DNA of 32,000 nt. Origin: Promethearchaeum syntrophicum. Lineage in GTDB: Archaea; Asgardarchaeota; Lokiarchaeia; Sigyniarchaeales; Promethearchaeaceae. Shown piece after piece: positions 1 through 8,722 of this stretch. A program made the translations under genes and the position numbers. The notes under the pieces are model-generated. The model did no database searches. It was given only the letters and a program-made list of their open reading frames with translations, and was not told where the DNA came from. Each line of letters starts with the position of its first letter. The first letter of the stretch is position 1. The stretch is taken from NCBI RefSeq assembly GCF_008000775.2, contig NZ_CP042905.2:510001-542000 (forward strand). The letters are read 5' to 3'.

Positions 1-1
1 T

Positions 2-412
2 TATAGGGGATTAATATCTTCAAATTCTTTATTGGATTCAAACTTCTTTTCAAATATAAAAAAATTTCAAATTTTACTTTTTACTCCGTTATCTGGTTTA
101 ACCCCTAAATTCATTCAGAAAATTTCAGACCAATTATTCAAATCAAATGAGATTTTTGATATGAATTCACTGATACAAGGAAATACGAATTATTTCTCAT
201 TCAATGAGGAGATAATCAAGTCAATTTCAATTAATATATCCAATATTTTAGAAGAAAATGAATCTTACCAACAAAAAATTACTAAAGATATCTCAAACTA
301 TGCAGAATTACAAGAATTCTTCAAGAATTCAGAAAATCAGAAATTTTTAATTAAAATGATCGAAAATCATAACGTTGAATATATTTCTGGTAGATTTTTT
401 TCAAAATTTTAG
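2..412 (+). CDS. Hypothetical protein, 5'-partial at the left window edge
   Basis: The frame is open from nt 2 to the stop at 410-412. The listed start at nt 32 is TTG with no stop upstream, so the gene probably begins outside the window. No family recognised. Confidence 0.5.
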   Translation, partial: YRGLISSNSLLDSNFFSNIKKFQILLFTPLSGLTPKFIQKISDQLFKSNEIFDMNSLIQGNTNYFSFNEEIIKSISINISNILEENESYQQKITKDISNYAELQEFFKNSENQKFLIKMIENHNVEYISGRFFSKF

Positions 413-625
413 CTTCAAAAGGGATTTCCATCAATTTTTTGGATGCAAGTTTATTTTAATAGTAAAAAACAGTAAATAAAACAATTATTTATTAAGACAA
501 TTATAGTACCAGTTTACTACACGCACTATAAAAAAAATATAGGAAGATTTAATGAACCTCTTTCAAAAATAAGTAAATACCTATATAATAAATACCCTCT
601 TGGAGGATCAATATGAACCAAGGAA

Positions 626-1615
626 GTGGAACCAATGAAATATAGAAAAATGGGAAAAACAGGGTTAAAATTAAGTGAAGTTGCTTTAGGCTCTTGGCTA
701 ACTTTAGGAGGTAGTGTAGAGCGCGAAAAATCGAAGAAATGCATTCAAACTGCCATTGAAAATGGCGTTAACTATATCGATACAGCCGATGTGTATTCTG
801 GGGGAGAGGCTGAAAAATTAATTGGAGAATTTCTGGCTGAAGAAACCGTAGATCGCAAAAATCTGGTAATTGCCTCCAAAGTCTATTGGCCGATGGGAGA
901 AGGACCTAATAATAGAGGATTATCCAGAAAACACATAATGGAATCCATCCAAGGAACATTAGAACGATTAAATACAGATTATATTGATATTTACTTTTGT
1001 CACCGTTTTGATGTCAATACACCGATCAAGGAAATTATTGGGGCAATGGATGATATCGTTAAGTCAGGTCGATCTAATTATTGGGGAACTTCAGTATGGA
1101 CTGCCGCGAAATTGGAAAGAGCCGTAGCGGTTGCTAAAAGTATGAACGCACATCCTCCTCGTGTAGAACAACCCCAATATAATATGCTATCAAGATATAT
1201 TGAAACCGAAGTATTAGAAACAGTGAATCACTTAGGAATGGGGGTAGTAACGTTTTCTCCACTTGCACAAGGGATCCTCACAGGAAAATATAATGATGGT
1301 GTGCCGGAGGGCAGTAGAGGCGGGAGAACTGACTGGCTTAAATGGGACCTAAATGAACCAAATTTAGAAAAAGTTAGAAATCTTATTCCAATAGCAAAAG
1401 AATTAGATATTTCTATGGCTAATTTATCTTTAGCATGGATATTACGATGCAAAGAAATCACGAGTGTCATTACTGGTGCCTCTAAACCTGAACATGTTCT
1501 AGATAATGTAAAAACTACTGAAATTGAGCTCTCACAAGACATAATAGAACGAATTGAAAAAATTTTGGGTAATAAACCTGAGTTACCGGGTATGTATCAA
1601 CCTCCCGATATATAG
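626..1615 (+). CDS. Aldo/keto reductase (voltage-gated K+ channel beta-subunit/YghZ-like)
   Basis: MKYRKMGKTGLKLSEVALGSW, NGVNYIDTADVYSGGEAEKLIGEFL, and a C-terminal SLAWILRCKEITSVITGASKPEHV are typical of AKR family TIM barrels. The true start may be the internal Met at 638 (MKYRKMG). Confidence 0.93.
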   Translation: MEPMKYRKMGKTGLKLSEVALGSWLTLGGSVEREKSKKCIQTAIENGVNYIDTADVYSGGEAEKLIGEFLAEETVDRKNLVIASKVYWPMGEGPNNRGLSRKHIMESIQGTLERLNTDYIDIYFCHRFDVNTPIKEIIGAMDDIVKSGRSNYWGTSVWTAAKLERAVAVAKSMNAHPPRVEQPQYNMLSRYIETEVLETVNHLGMGVVTFSPLAQGILTGKYNDGVPEGSRGGRTDWLKWDLNEPNLEKVRNLIPIAKELDISMANLSLAWILRCKEITSVITGASKPEHVLDNVKTTEIELSQDIIERIEKILGNKPELPGMYQPPDI

Positions 1616-1765
1616 CAAAAGTAAGATTCGTCATTTTCCTTTTTTTGTAATTGTTAATATTTTAAAAGAAGTTCTTCATTATTAGCCATTATACAACTAG
1701 AATCACAGAAAAATTTTGGAAGAAAAAAGGAAAAAAAACCTAAAAAAAAAAAGCAAAAATAACTT

Positions 1766-2212
1766 TTAAATTGCCATGGCTTTCTCAATTGCTTTTGTTT
1801 CTTGCTTAATTTGCTTTTCAAGCCCTTTAATTATTGAATTCTGTTCTTTCACCATCTTTTTTAATTCGGAATCCACTGCTTTCAATTTATTTGCTTTTTC
1901 TTTATCATGGATTTTAATATCCTTCTGGTACATAGAATTCTCTGTTTTAAAGGTTGTCTTTGCAAGCTTTAATTCTTCTTTAGCTTTGGCAAGGGCTGCG
2001 GATGCATCATCAAAAGTTTTTTGTTTCTGATTTAGATCATTCTCTAAATTATTGATTTCATTTCCTTTTGTCGATTTCAGAGTCTCCAATTTTGCATTCT
2101 CTTCTTGGTCGACTTGTGTTCTTTTCGCAGCATATTCGGCTTCTAGAGATTTTATTTTTCCTTCAATAGTCATAATCTCTGCATTGTAATTATCGATATT
2201 CGCTTGTGACAT
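1766..2212 (-). CDS. Coiled-coil protein of unknown function
   Basis: 148 aa rich in E/K/A/Q with heptad-like spacing over nearly its whole length. Confidence 0.65.
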   Translation of the reverse strand: MSQANIDNYNAEIMTIEGKIKSLEAEYAAKRTQVDQEENAKLETLKSTKGNEINNLENDLNQKQKTFDDASAALAKAKEELKLAKTTFKTENSMYQKDIKIHDKEKANKLKAVDSELKKMVKEQNSIIKGLEKQIKQETKAIEKAMAI

Positions 2213-2363
2213 AGTGTGTGCACAATTGTATAATAGTCCACATTTAACTTTTAAGTTTTTAGATGTTTAAATAGACCGTAATTTTGCTTTAAATACCCCA
2301 TCATTTTCCTTTATATAGAGAAAAAAATAATTTTAATTTCAAAGAAACGTATTCTGAAAATTA

Positions 2364-3251
2364 ATGCCAATAAAAGAAGCCTATTTCTTACCTCATGGGA
2401 TGCAGATAATTCCAGGATTAGAAGCTGAGTATTCTAAGGAATTTTTCCCCATTCATGAAGCAATGCTTTTAGTTCAACAGGAAATCAAAGAAAATTGCCC
2501 AGATTTCTTTATTTTGTTTACACCCCATGGGTTGGCTACTGATGAATCATTTTTAATTTATAGAAATCAAATTTTACGCGGATATTATCCCTGTTTAGTA
2601 AACTCCAATGTTGACGGTACGGAAATCAAAGAAGTATTAGAAATAGAATCTGACATTACTATGATAAACAAATTATTTTTCAACCTGAAAGAAAGAAATA
2701 TCAACATTTCAAATATTACGCTGGGTGCTCCCCAATTTCCAGGTCCTCTTGCATGGGGAGAATTAGTTCCGATGTATTATTTACATAAATCTTGCCCTAA
2801 AACTAAATTAATTGTCCTTTCACTACCCAAAAAGAGATATGATGCATCTTCATTTAAACAAGAACTTCTCAACATCGGACATCAAATTGCTGACTTTTGT
2901 TCTTCAAATTCAGAAACTTTCACACTAATTTTTAGTGGAGATCTCGCACATACTCATCAAGAAGATAGCCCTTTTGGTTATTCTAAATATGCACAAGAAT
3001 TTGATAATTTGATCCTCAAATGGATTCACTCATTAGATGAAACCATTTTACTTTCTGATGCCTATGATATCGTTGATAAAGCAAAGGTTTGTGGTTTATC
3101 GACGTTGACCATCTTCCAAGGAGTAAATGAATTCCTTTCTGAAAAGACCAATAAGTCATATTTTTCGAGCCATCTTTATGGCTATGCCGCTCCTACATAT
3201 TTCGGGATGGCAATTACTAAATTTATACCAAGAAAGTACGAAAAAAGTTAA
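2364..3251 (+). CDS. Extradiol ring-cleavage dioxygenase class III subunit B (LigB/MEMO-like) superfamily protein
   Basis: YFLPHGMQIIPG, FFILFTPHGLATDESF, LIFSGDLAHTHQEDSPFGYSK and YGYAAPTYFGMAI resemble the His-rich LigB/AMMECR1-associated family. Confidence 0.75.
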   Translation: MPIKEAYFLPHGMQIIPGLEAEYSKEFFPIHEAMLLVQQEIKENCPDFFILFTPHGLATDESFLIYRNQILRGYYPCLVNSNVDGTEIKEVLEIESDITMINKLFFNLKERNINISNITLGAPQFPGPLAWGELVPMYYLHKSCPKTKLIVLSLPKKRYDASSFKQELLNIGHQIADFCSSNSETFTLIFSGDLAHTHQEDSPFGYSKYAQEFDNLILKWIHSLDETILLSDAYDIVDKAKVCGLSTLTIFQGVNEFLSEKTNKSYFSSHLYGYAAPTYFGMAITKFIPRKYEKS

Positions 3252-3379
3252 ATTTTAGGAATGGCTTTCATCTATAGATATAAGATATAGTTAGGATAAA
3301 ATTTATCGATTTCTGAAAAATGAATCATAATTTATTGTATCTTGATATTTTATGTCCCGAATTTAAAATTCGCTAACCT

Positions 3380-3531
3380 CCCCCCTTAACTCAGTTGGTA
3401 GAGTGCTCGGCTGTAGTTTTTAAAACGCATGATTGAGGAAATCCAAGGATATCATGTCAGCGGACACCGGGATGTCGCCGGCTCGACAATTATGGCTAAT
3501 TCAACCATAATCAAGGATCCGGCAGGGGGGA
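3380..3531 (+). tRNA. tRNA-Tyr(GUA) with two introns (3417-3465 and 3488-3517)
   Basis: Manual fold: acceptor CCCCCCT(3380-3386)/AGGGGGG(3524-3530); T8 A9; D-arm ACTC-AGTTGGTA-GAGT; anticodon stem CTCGG(3406-3410)/CCGGG(3467-3471); anticodon GTA at 3413-3415; variable ATGTC; T-stem GCCGG(3477-3481)/CCGGC(3519-3523); discriminator A(3531). Spliced length is 37+22+14=73 nt. C1-G72 and A73 fit archaeal tRNA-Tyr identity. Confidence 0.92.
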
Positions 3532-3534
3532 TGA

Positions 3535-3546
3535 TTTTTTTCTTTT
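3535..3546 (+). terminator. T-rich tract immediately 3' of tRNA-Tyr, probable archaeal transcription terminator
   Basis: TTTTTTTCTTTT begins 4 nt after the discriminator base. Confidence 0.5.
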
Positions 3547-3606
3547 ATTGAATTGATATTTTTAACCATAATTGAATTTAGAGTAAAATTATAAATCTAA
3601 GTTATT

Positions 3607-4077
3607 TTATCTCATCAATCCAAATCCATTAGTCAAATGAATTTTTAATTTATCATTAATAATTTTTAGAATTGGATCGTTTTTAGGGAGTGAAAATTCT
3701 AAAATATCGCGTACTTCATTCGTAGGTTCAGTTTCTAAACGTAATCTTTCGTGATTAGTTAGAGATTTTGAGTCTTGGGCATATTTTTGGGCGATTTCAA
3801 CAATGGGATGAGTATAATATTGCATGATTCCTTCATAATTATGATCCATCCATAATTTTTTTACCTTTTCTGGTTTGTTTAAGCCATCAATTGTCAGTTT
3901 ATAATTTACAGAACTTGTGAAATCGCTTATTATTGTTAAATTCGGATTGGAAAAAAGGTATTTGAACGTTTCCAGAGAAACAAATGGATTATAACTTATA
4001 TCGATTATTCTTAGAATTTTGAGATTTTTGATGGTTTCAGGAATTGTGGAAAAATTATCTCGAATTTCTTGCTTCAA
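3607..4077 (-). pseudogene. Leucine-rich-repeat protein fragment, probably a 5'-truncated gene remnant
   Basis: Begins abruptly inside an LRR unit (FSTIPETIKNLKILRIIDISYNPFVSLETFKYLF) with a TTG pseudo-start and an in-frame stop just upstream. Followed by a non-LRR C-terminus. Confidence 0.5.
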
Positions 4078-4347
4078 CAGAAGAAAATAGCTCTAATGTG
4101 TGCGGAAAAAGATCCGTTCATATGTCATCGATTTTTTTTTATTAGTTGGAGTTTAAGTCAATTAGGGTTTAGGGTGATTTATATTATATCGAAAAAAAAT
4201 ACATTAAGAAATCCCACATTAGAAATACCTCTGAAGGAAAAATATACTCGAAAATCCCTCTTAGATCTCCATTCTAGTTCGTGCGATAAAACCACATGGT
4301 ATGAATCCCATGCAATAAAAATATACAATAAGAAAAACACGAAATAA
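4069..4347 (+). pseudogene. C-terminal fragment of a DUF488 family protein
   Basis: KIALMCAEKDPFICHRFFFISWSLSQLGFRVIYI matches the diagnostic DUF488 core (ALLCAE.DP..CHR). The N-terminal two-thirds of the family is missing. Confidence 0.6.
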
Positions 4348-4409
4348 ATTTAAAGGAATTTATATAGCATAAAAAGTAACAAAAAAGGTAAATACAATTA
4401 TACAAAAAG

Positions 4410-7283
4410 GTGTTGGGAATCCTTAATAGAAAATACGATATAAAATCAGGTCTTGATTACTCTGAATGTGAAATTATTGATCACATTGCTAAAAATGTTG
4501 ATATTTTAAAAATAAGAATCACCAAAGATAAAGAAAAAGTCAAGGGTATAACTATATCAGATAAGATCACTACAGAAACATTTAAAACAATCTGTCTTTT
4601 CTCAAAATTGACATATCTAAATATAACAGAAGGTTCTGTCGATCAAATCCCCTCAGATATTGCAATTCTAACCGAATTGGACACTATCGTTATTAAAGAT
4701 TATCGAGGTGGCTCTATCCCTCCCGAAATTGGAAAATTATCTAAGCTAACGCGTCTTGAAATCAGTTCAAATATTGAAAATTCTGAGAGAAAAAAATTTA
4801 AGATCCCCTCTACAATCTCAAATCTCAAATCCTTAAAAATTGCAAAATTTAGTCACATTAATTTCCAAGAATTTCCAATCGTATTATGTAAATGTTCAGA
4901 CCTGCAACAATTAAGTTTAATATCAGCAAATATTAAAACAATACCACCTTGTATTGAGCAACTCTCTGATCTGATTCATTTATTTTTAAGTAGTAATCGT
5001 ATAACCACCTTACCTAAGGAACTGCAAAAATTATTAAAATTAAAGGTGTTAATGGTTGATCAGAACAATATTAAAGAAATACCTGATTGGATTGGAAATT
5101 TGCCTTCTTTATATAGTTTTAAGATTGATAATAATTGTATTACAGAGTTACCCAAGTTAATAATAAAAAAATTGATTGGTAAGAGTAGTTCTGATTATAA
5201 CAGGCATGATCTTCAGAACACATTTATAAATTTAAACTTATCAAATCCATGGAAAGAACCGTTGAATTCATTGATTAGATGGAAGAGGCATTCTCATCCT
5301 TACTCCCGAAATCAAAAACACCGATTAACTTTTTTAGATCTAGATAAAGAAATTATTCGAAAATGTAAACAAAAATCCACGTCCATAAAATTTTCATTAG
5401 AAGAATTCACGTTCACCCCTTTTTTTCCCAATAGACAGGAAATTTTAGATCTTTTAGAAAAAGCCCAATATGATTCGAATCATCATGTTCGACAAATGTA
5501 CCGTGATATTAAGGCACAAATTAGATGGGAAAAACGTATTTCAAAAAATATTAAGAAAGTGAAGACTGACACCAAAACACCAGAGGAGATTCCACTCCTT
5601 GATAATCTTCAAAATAACTTCTCCTCTGCTAATTGGGGAAAAATAAAATTATATCAAAAAGCAATCAGTTCACAAGACTATGATACGCTAAAATCACTCG
5701 TGATATGGGAAAAAGATTTACAAATTATAGATAATGCTTTTATTGATTCTATTAAATTCAACGACTTCCAAGCGGTAAAAATTTTTACTGATTTGGGGAT
5801 TCCTATACGATTACTAATAGATTCTATCATAAGACTTTATTATTTACAGACTTTCAGGAAAAAAAAATATCCAGTAATAAAAAAGCTATTAAATAAGTAT
5901 GAATCGGTTCACCTAATTTCCCAAGATATTTTTGATATACTAGCAAAGAATGAAGATATGAATTTAAAATCTTTAGTAAATTTAGCAGTTAAACAGCAAT
6001 ATATCGATAATTTTATTCCAATAATTGAAAATGCAGAAATATACAAACCGTGGATGAAAAAATTAATTAACTATATGATCTCAAACCCTGAGTATAGAGG
6101 ATTTGGAGTTGAAAAATTTACTCTCTGGGCAAAAATTACACAGACAAAATTACAAGATAATGCACAATTTGTACAGGAGATTTTGGATTTCTTAAAAGAA
6201 AATGATTCGGATTCATATGAAATGATTTCCAAAGCATTAAAAATCGGCAGTCTTTCAATTCCAGAATTAATAGCGAAAAGTGAAAAATCCTTTTCTTCAG
6301 GAGTCCTTTCTATTATAAAACAAGGAAATCTTTCGCACTTAAAACAAAAACTAGCAGCAAGTGAAGATCCTTCTCAAGATATGAATATGGCATTCCGCTG
6401 GGCTGTTAAGTGGGGGCGTTTGGATATTATTAAATATTTAGTCGAAGAACAAAATGTAAATATTCATGCGAATGATGATGAAGCTCTAAAATTAAGTCTC
6501 GATTTTTGTCATATTCTCATTGCTAAATTCCTACTAAAACAAGGAGCGAAAGTAAAGGATCCCATAATGTATATTGATGCAATTTTAGAACGTGGAGAAA
6601 ATGAATTTATCAAATATATCTTTGAAAAAGAACAAATAAGGAAAAACAATTTCGAGCAATTTCTATTTAAATGTATTTTTGCGGGGAATGTGGAAATGTT
6701 AATCTTTTGTGAACAAAGAGGAGGGTCAATTCCAATCTTGAATAAATTTGATTGTCGACGGTTAATCAGTAGTGGACACGTAAAAATGTTAGAATTCCTT
6801 AGACAAAATAAAAAAATTGAACATCTCGAATATGATAAAGCAACTTTATATGCACATATCTTGCAGGGAAATTTCGCTATGGTGAGATTTTTAATTGAAA
6901 ATAAAGAAAATTTAGAATATTCAGAGAAAGAAGCATTAAGGTCAGCTTCCAAGTCAGGAAATTCAGAAATTTTTCAGTACTTCATTATGATTGGTGCAGA
7001 TCCTAGCCAAATTGAATTTAATCCTCAAATTTATCCCGCTTTTATCTATTGTATTGAACAAAATAAATTTCCAGCAAAAGTGAGAGATTCAATAATCCAA
7101 TGGATGAATACTGCAAGTGTCGCACAAAAGAGAAGATATCTCCCAAAAATGCGTCAATATTTAGAAGCCAAAATTCAGACCATATCATCCCCCAAAAAAC
7201 AAAATTTGATTCAACAAATTATTACTGCAGTAAATCAAGAATTAAAGGTATTTATATCGGATGATGTTGGAATATTTCTTTGA
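4410..7283 (+). CDS. Large LRR + ankyrin-repeat protein (957 aa)
   Basis: N-terminal LRR units (LTYLNIT, LTRLEISSNI, LIHLFLSSNRITTLPKELQKLLKLKVLMVDQNNIKEIPDWIGNLPSLYSFKIDNNCITELPKL). C-terminal ankyrin-like units (FRWAVKWGRLDIIKYLVEEQNVNIHANDDEALKL, LYAHILQGNFAMVRFLIENKENL, ALRSASKSGNSEIFQYFIMIGADPS). Start codon is TTG, so the exact start is uncertain. Confidence 0.88.
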   Translation: MLGILNRKYDIKSGLDYSECEIIDHIAKNVDILKIRITKDKEKVKGITISDKITTETFKTICLFSKLTYLNITEGSVDQIPSDIAILTELDTIVIKDYRGGSIPPEIGKLSKLTRLEISSNIENSERKKFKIPSTISNLKSLKIAKFSHINFQEFPIVLCKCSDLQQLSLISANIKTIPPCIEQLSDLIHLFLSSNRITTLPKELQKLLKLKVLMVDQNNIKEIPDWIGNLPSLYSFKIDNNCITELPKLIIKKLIGKSSSDYNRHDLQNTFINLNLSNPWKEPLNSLIRWKRHSHPYSRNQKHRLTFLDLDKEIIRKCKQKSTSIKFSLEEFTFTPFFPNRQEILDLLEKAQYDSNHHVRQMYRDIKAQIRWEKRISKNIKKVKTDTKTPEEIPLLDNLQNNFSSANWGKIKLYQKAISSQDYDTLKSLVIWEKDLQIIDNAFIDSIKFNDFQAVKIFTDLGIPIRLLIDSIIRLYYLQTFRKKKYPVIKKLLNKYESVHLISQDIFDILAKNEDMNLKSLVNLAVKQQYIDNFIPIIENAEIYKPWMKKLINYMISNPEYRGFGVEKFTLWAKITQTKLQDNAQFVQEILDFLKENDSDSYEMISKALKIGSLSIPELIAKSEKSFSSGVLSIIKQGNLSHLKQKLAASEDPSQDMNMAFRWAVKWGRLDIIKYLVEEQNVNIHANDDEALKLSLDFCHILIAKFLLKQGAKVKDPIMYIDAILERGENEFIKYIFEKEQIRKNNFEQFLFKCIFAGNVEMLIFCEQRGGSIPILNKFDCRRLISSGHVKMLEFLRQNKKIEHLEYDKATLYAHILQGNFAMVRFLIENKENLEYSEKEALRSASKSGNSEIFQYFIMIGADPSQIEFNPQIYPAFIYCIEQNKFPAKVRDSIIQWMNTASVAQKRRYLPKMRQYLEAKIQTISSPKKQNLIQQIITAVNQELKVFISDDVGIFL

Positions 7284-7319
7284 TATTTGATTCCATTTAG
7301 CAAATTTGTTCTCAGAATC

Positions 7320-8036
7320 TCACATCAAATATAATGGTTGATGTTGGGGGCGGTGTCGTTGTTCTTCATCAAATTCTTCTTGACTCACATCTTGAAGGCC
7401 ATATATACTAGCTCGATTTAATTGTAACACAATTTTATTTTTATAATTTGGGCATAAGCGAATCAACATTAAAAGGGCAGTATGTTTAATCCAAAGTGGA
7501 GACTCTCTGGAATCTAATCCTTTTTTAATATAATTGAATGTATTGAGCAGCTCTTCTTGAAAATATTTAGTGTTTTCTCCAGGGGAAAAATCCATTATTC
7601 TTGCATTAGGAAAAAAGAAGATTACTGAAGAATCCCACTCTGTATTTTCACGAATAATATCACTATTTGCAACCCAGCGAAATTTTTTTGATTCAGGAAT
7701 AAAATTCGTAATTTGGAATAATTCTTCAAATCCTGACGCCATATATTCTTGAAAATAATGAAAATTTTCTTCATTTGCATATTGAAGGCGAAAAAGATCG
7801 TTCTTCTTCATTGCTTCCATAAAACTCGGAGGGCTCATATAATAGTGTAAAGCGAGCATGAATTTTGGATATACATCTTTTGATAACTCATGTAACTCGT
7901 TGAAAGCCTCGTCTTTTGTTTCAAAAAAACCATCAATAATGCAATGTACTCGTAACATCTCCATTGAATTATTTGTTTGCAATATTTGACTTGGAAGTCC
8001 AAAGGGAAATCTCTTTTTGTTTATTGGATTTTTCAT
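7320..8036 (-). CDS. Hypothetical protein (238 aa)
   Basis: Long ORF in the same orientation as, and 47 nt downstream of, the isochorismatase-like gene. No family recognised. Confidence 0.7.
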   Translation of the reverse strand: MKNPINKKRFPFGLPSQILQTNNSMEMLRVHCIIDGFFETKDEAFNELHELSKDVYPKFMLALHYYMSPPSFMEAMKKNDLFRLQYANEENFHYFQEYMASGFEELFQITNFIPESKKFRWVANSDIIRENTEWDSSVIFFFPNARIMDFSPGENTKYFQEELLNTFNYIKKGLDSRESPLWIKHTALLMLIRLCPNYKNKIVLQLNRASIYGLQDVSQEEFDEEQRHRPQHQPLYLM

Positions 8037-8083
8037 ACTAATAATTTTATTTTAAGATATTAAAATAAATAGATTTTTCTCTC

Positions 8084-8722
8084 CTATTTTTGAAAATGAA
8101 AGAGAAGTATGGGATACGGGATAATGTGAATTCTTGGATGATCTTTAAATACTTGGATATAAAACTTATGTCTTGAGGGAAATATATCGCCAAGGGCTTC
8201 TTCAATCATATAGATTTGTTGTATTCCATTTTTCAAAAGACTTAACGCAGTATGTTTGATACACACTCCTGTAGATGTTCCCATAATATATGCTTTTGAA
8301 AACTTTTTTGATTGAATATATTTACAAAATTTGTGATTTGAACATCCATCATAAGTGCGTTTTGTGAAATGTTTACTATAGTCGGGCTGGAGAACCCAAG
8401 ACATTAGTTCTGCAGCTTTTGTGTTATAGAGTGCATGGGGTGGTTCATTCAATCGTTCAAAATCACTTTGATGGTGGGCATCAGAAATAAATATGATCGG
8501 TTTTCTTTGCGATTCCCAGAGGGATATAACCGAATTTACTACGTATTGAAAATGTTCATTAATAGTAGGGACGGGCAATTCTGGAGTTGGAGAAATAGGT
8601 GATGGCCCAAAAGCGTTAATTAAATCAATGATGATCAGGACTGAATCGGGTGTAGAAAAATCTTGTAACCTCAAGAGTAGAACATCTCCTGGAGGTCTTG
8701 AATATATTTGATTAATGGACAT
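8084..8722 (-). CDS. Isochorismatase-like cysteine hydrolase
   Basis: Nucleophile-side motif IMGTSTGVCIKHTALSLL, N-terminal VLIIIDLINAFG Asp motif, central RKPIIFISDAHH, and KRTYDGC lysine region. Confidence 0.82.
   Translation of the reverse strand: MSINQIYSRPPGDVLLLRLQDFSTPDSVLIIIDLINAFGPSPISPTPELPVPTINEHFQYVVNSVISLWESQRKPIIFISDAHHQSDFERLNEPPHALYNTKAAELMSWVLQPDYSKHFTKRTYDGCSNHKFCKYIQSKKFSKAYIMGTSTGVCIKHTALSLLKNGIQQIYMIEEALGDIFPSRHKFYIQVFKDHPRIHIIPYPILLFHFQK

Noticed and set aside
3380-4410. Integrative element at tRNA-Tyr
   Set aside because: No integrase, no visible repeat of the tRNA 3' end downstream and no phage or plasmid genes. Only gene remnants support past rearrangement.
6509-6952. 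147-aa minus-strand ORF within the LRR/ankyrin gene
   Set aside because: Composition mirrors the sense ankyrin repeats (Cys/Ser/Phe-rich), with no recognisable family. Antisense shadow.
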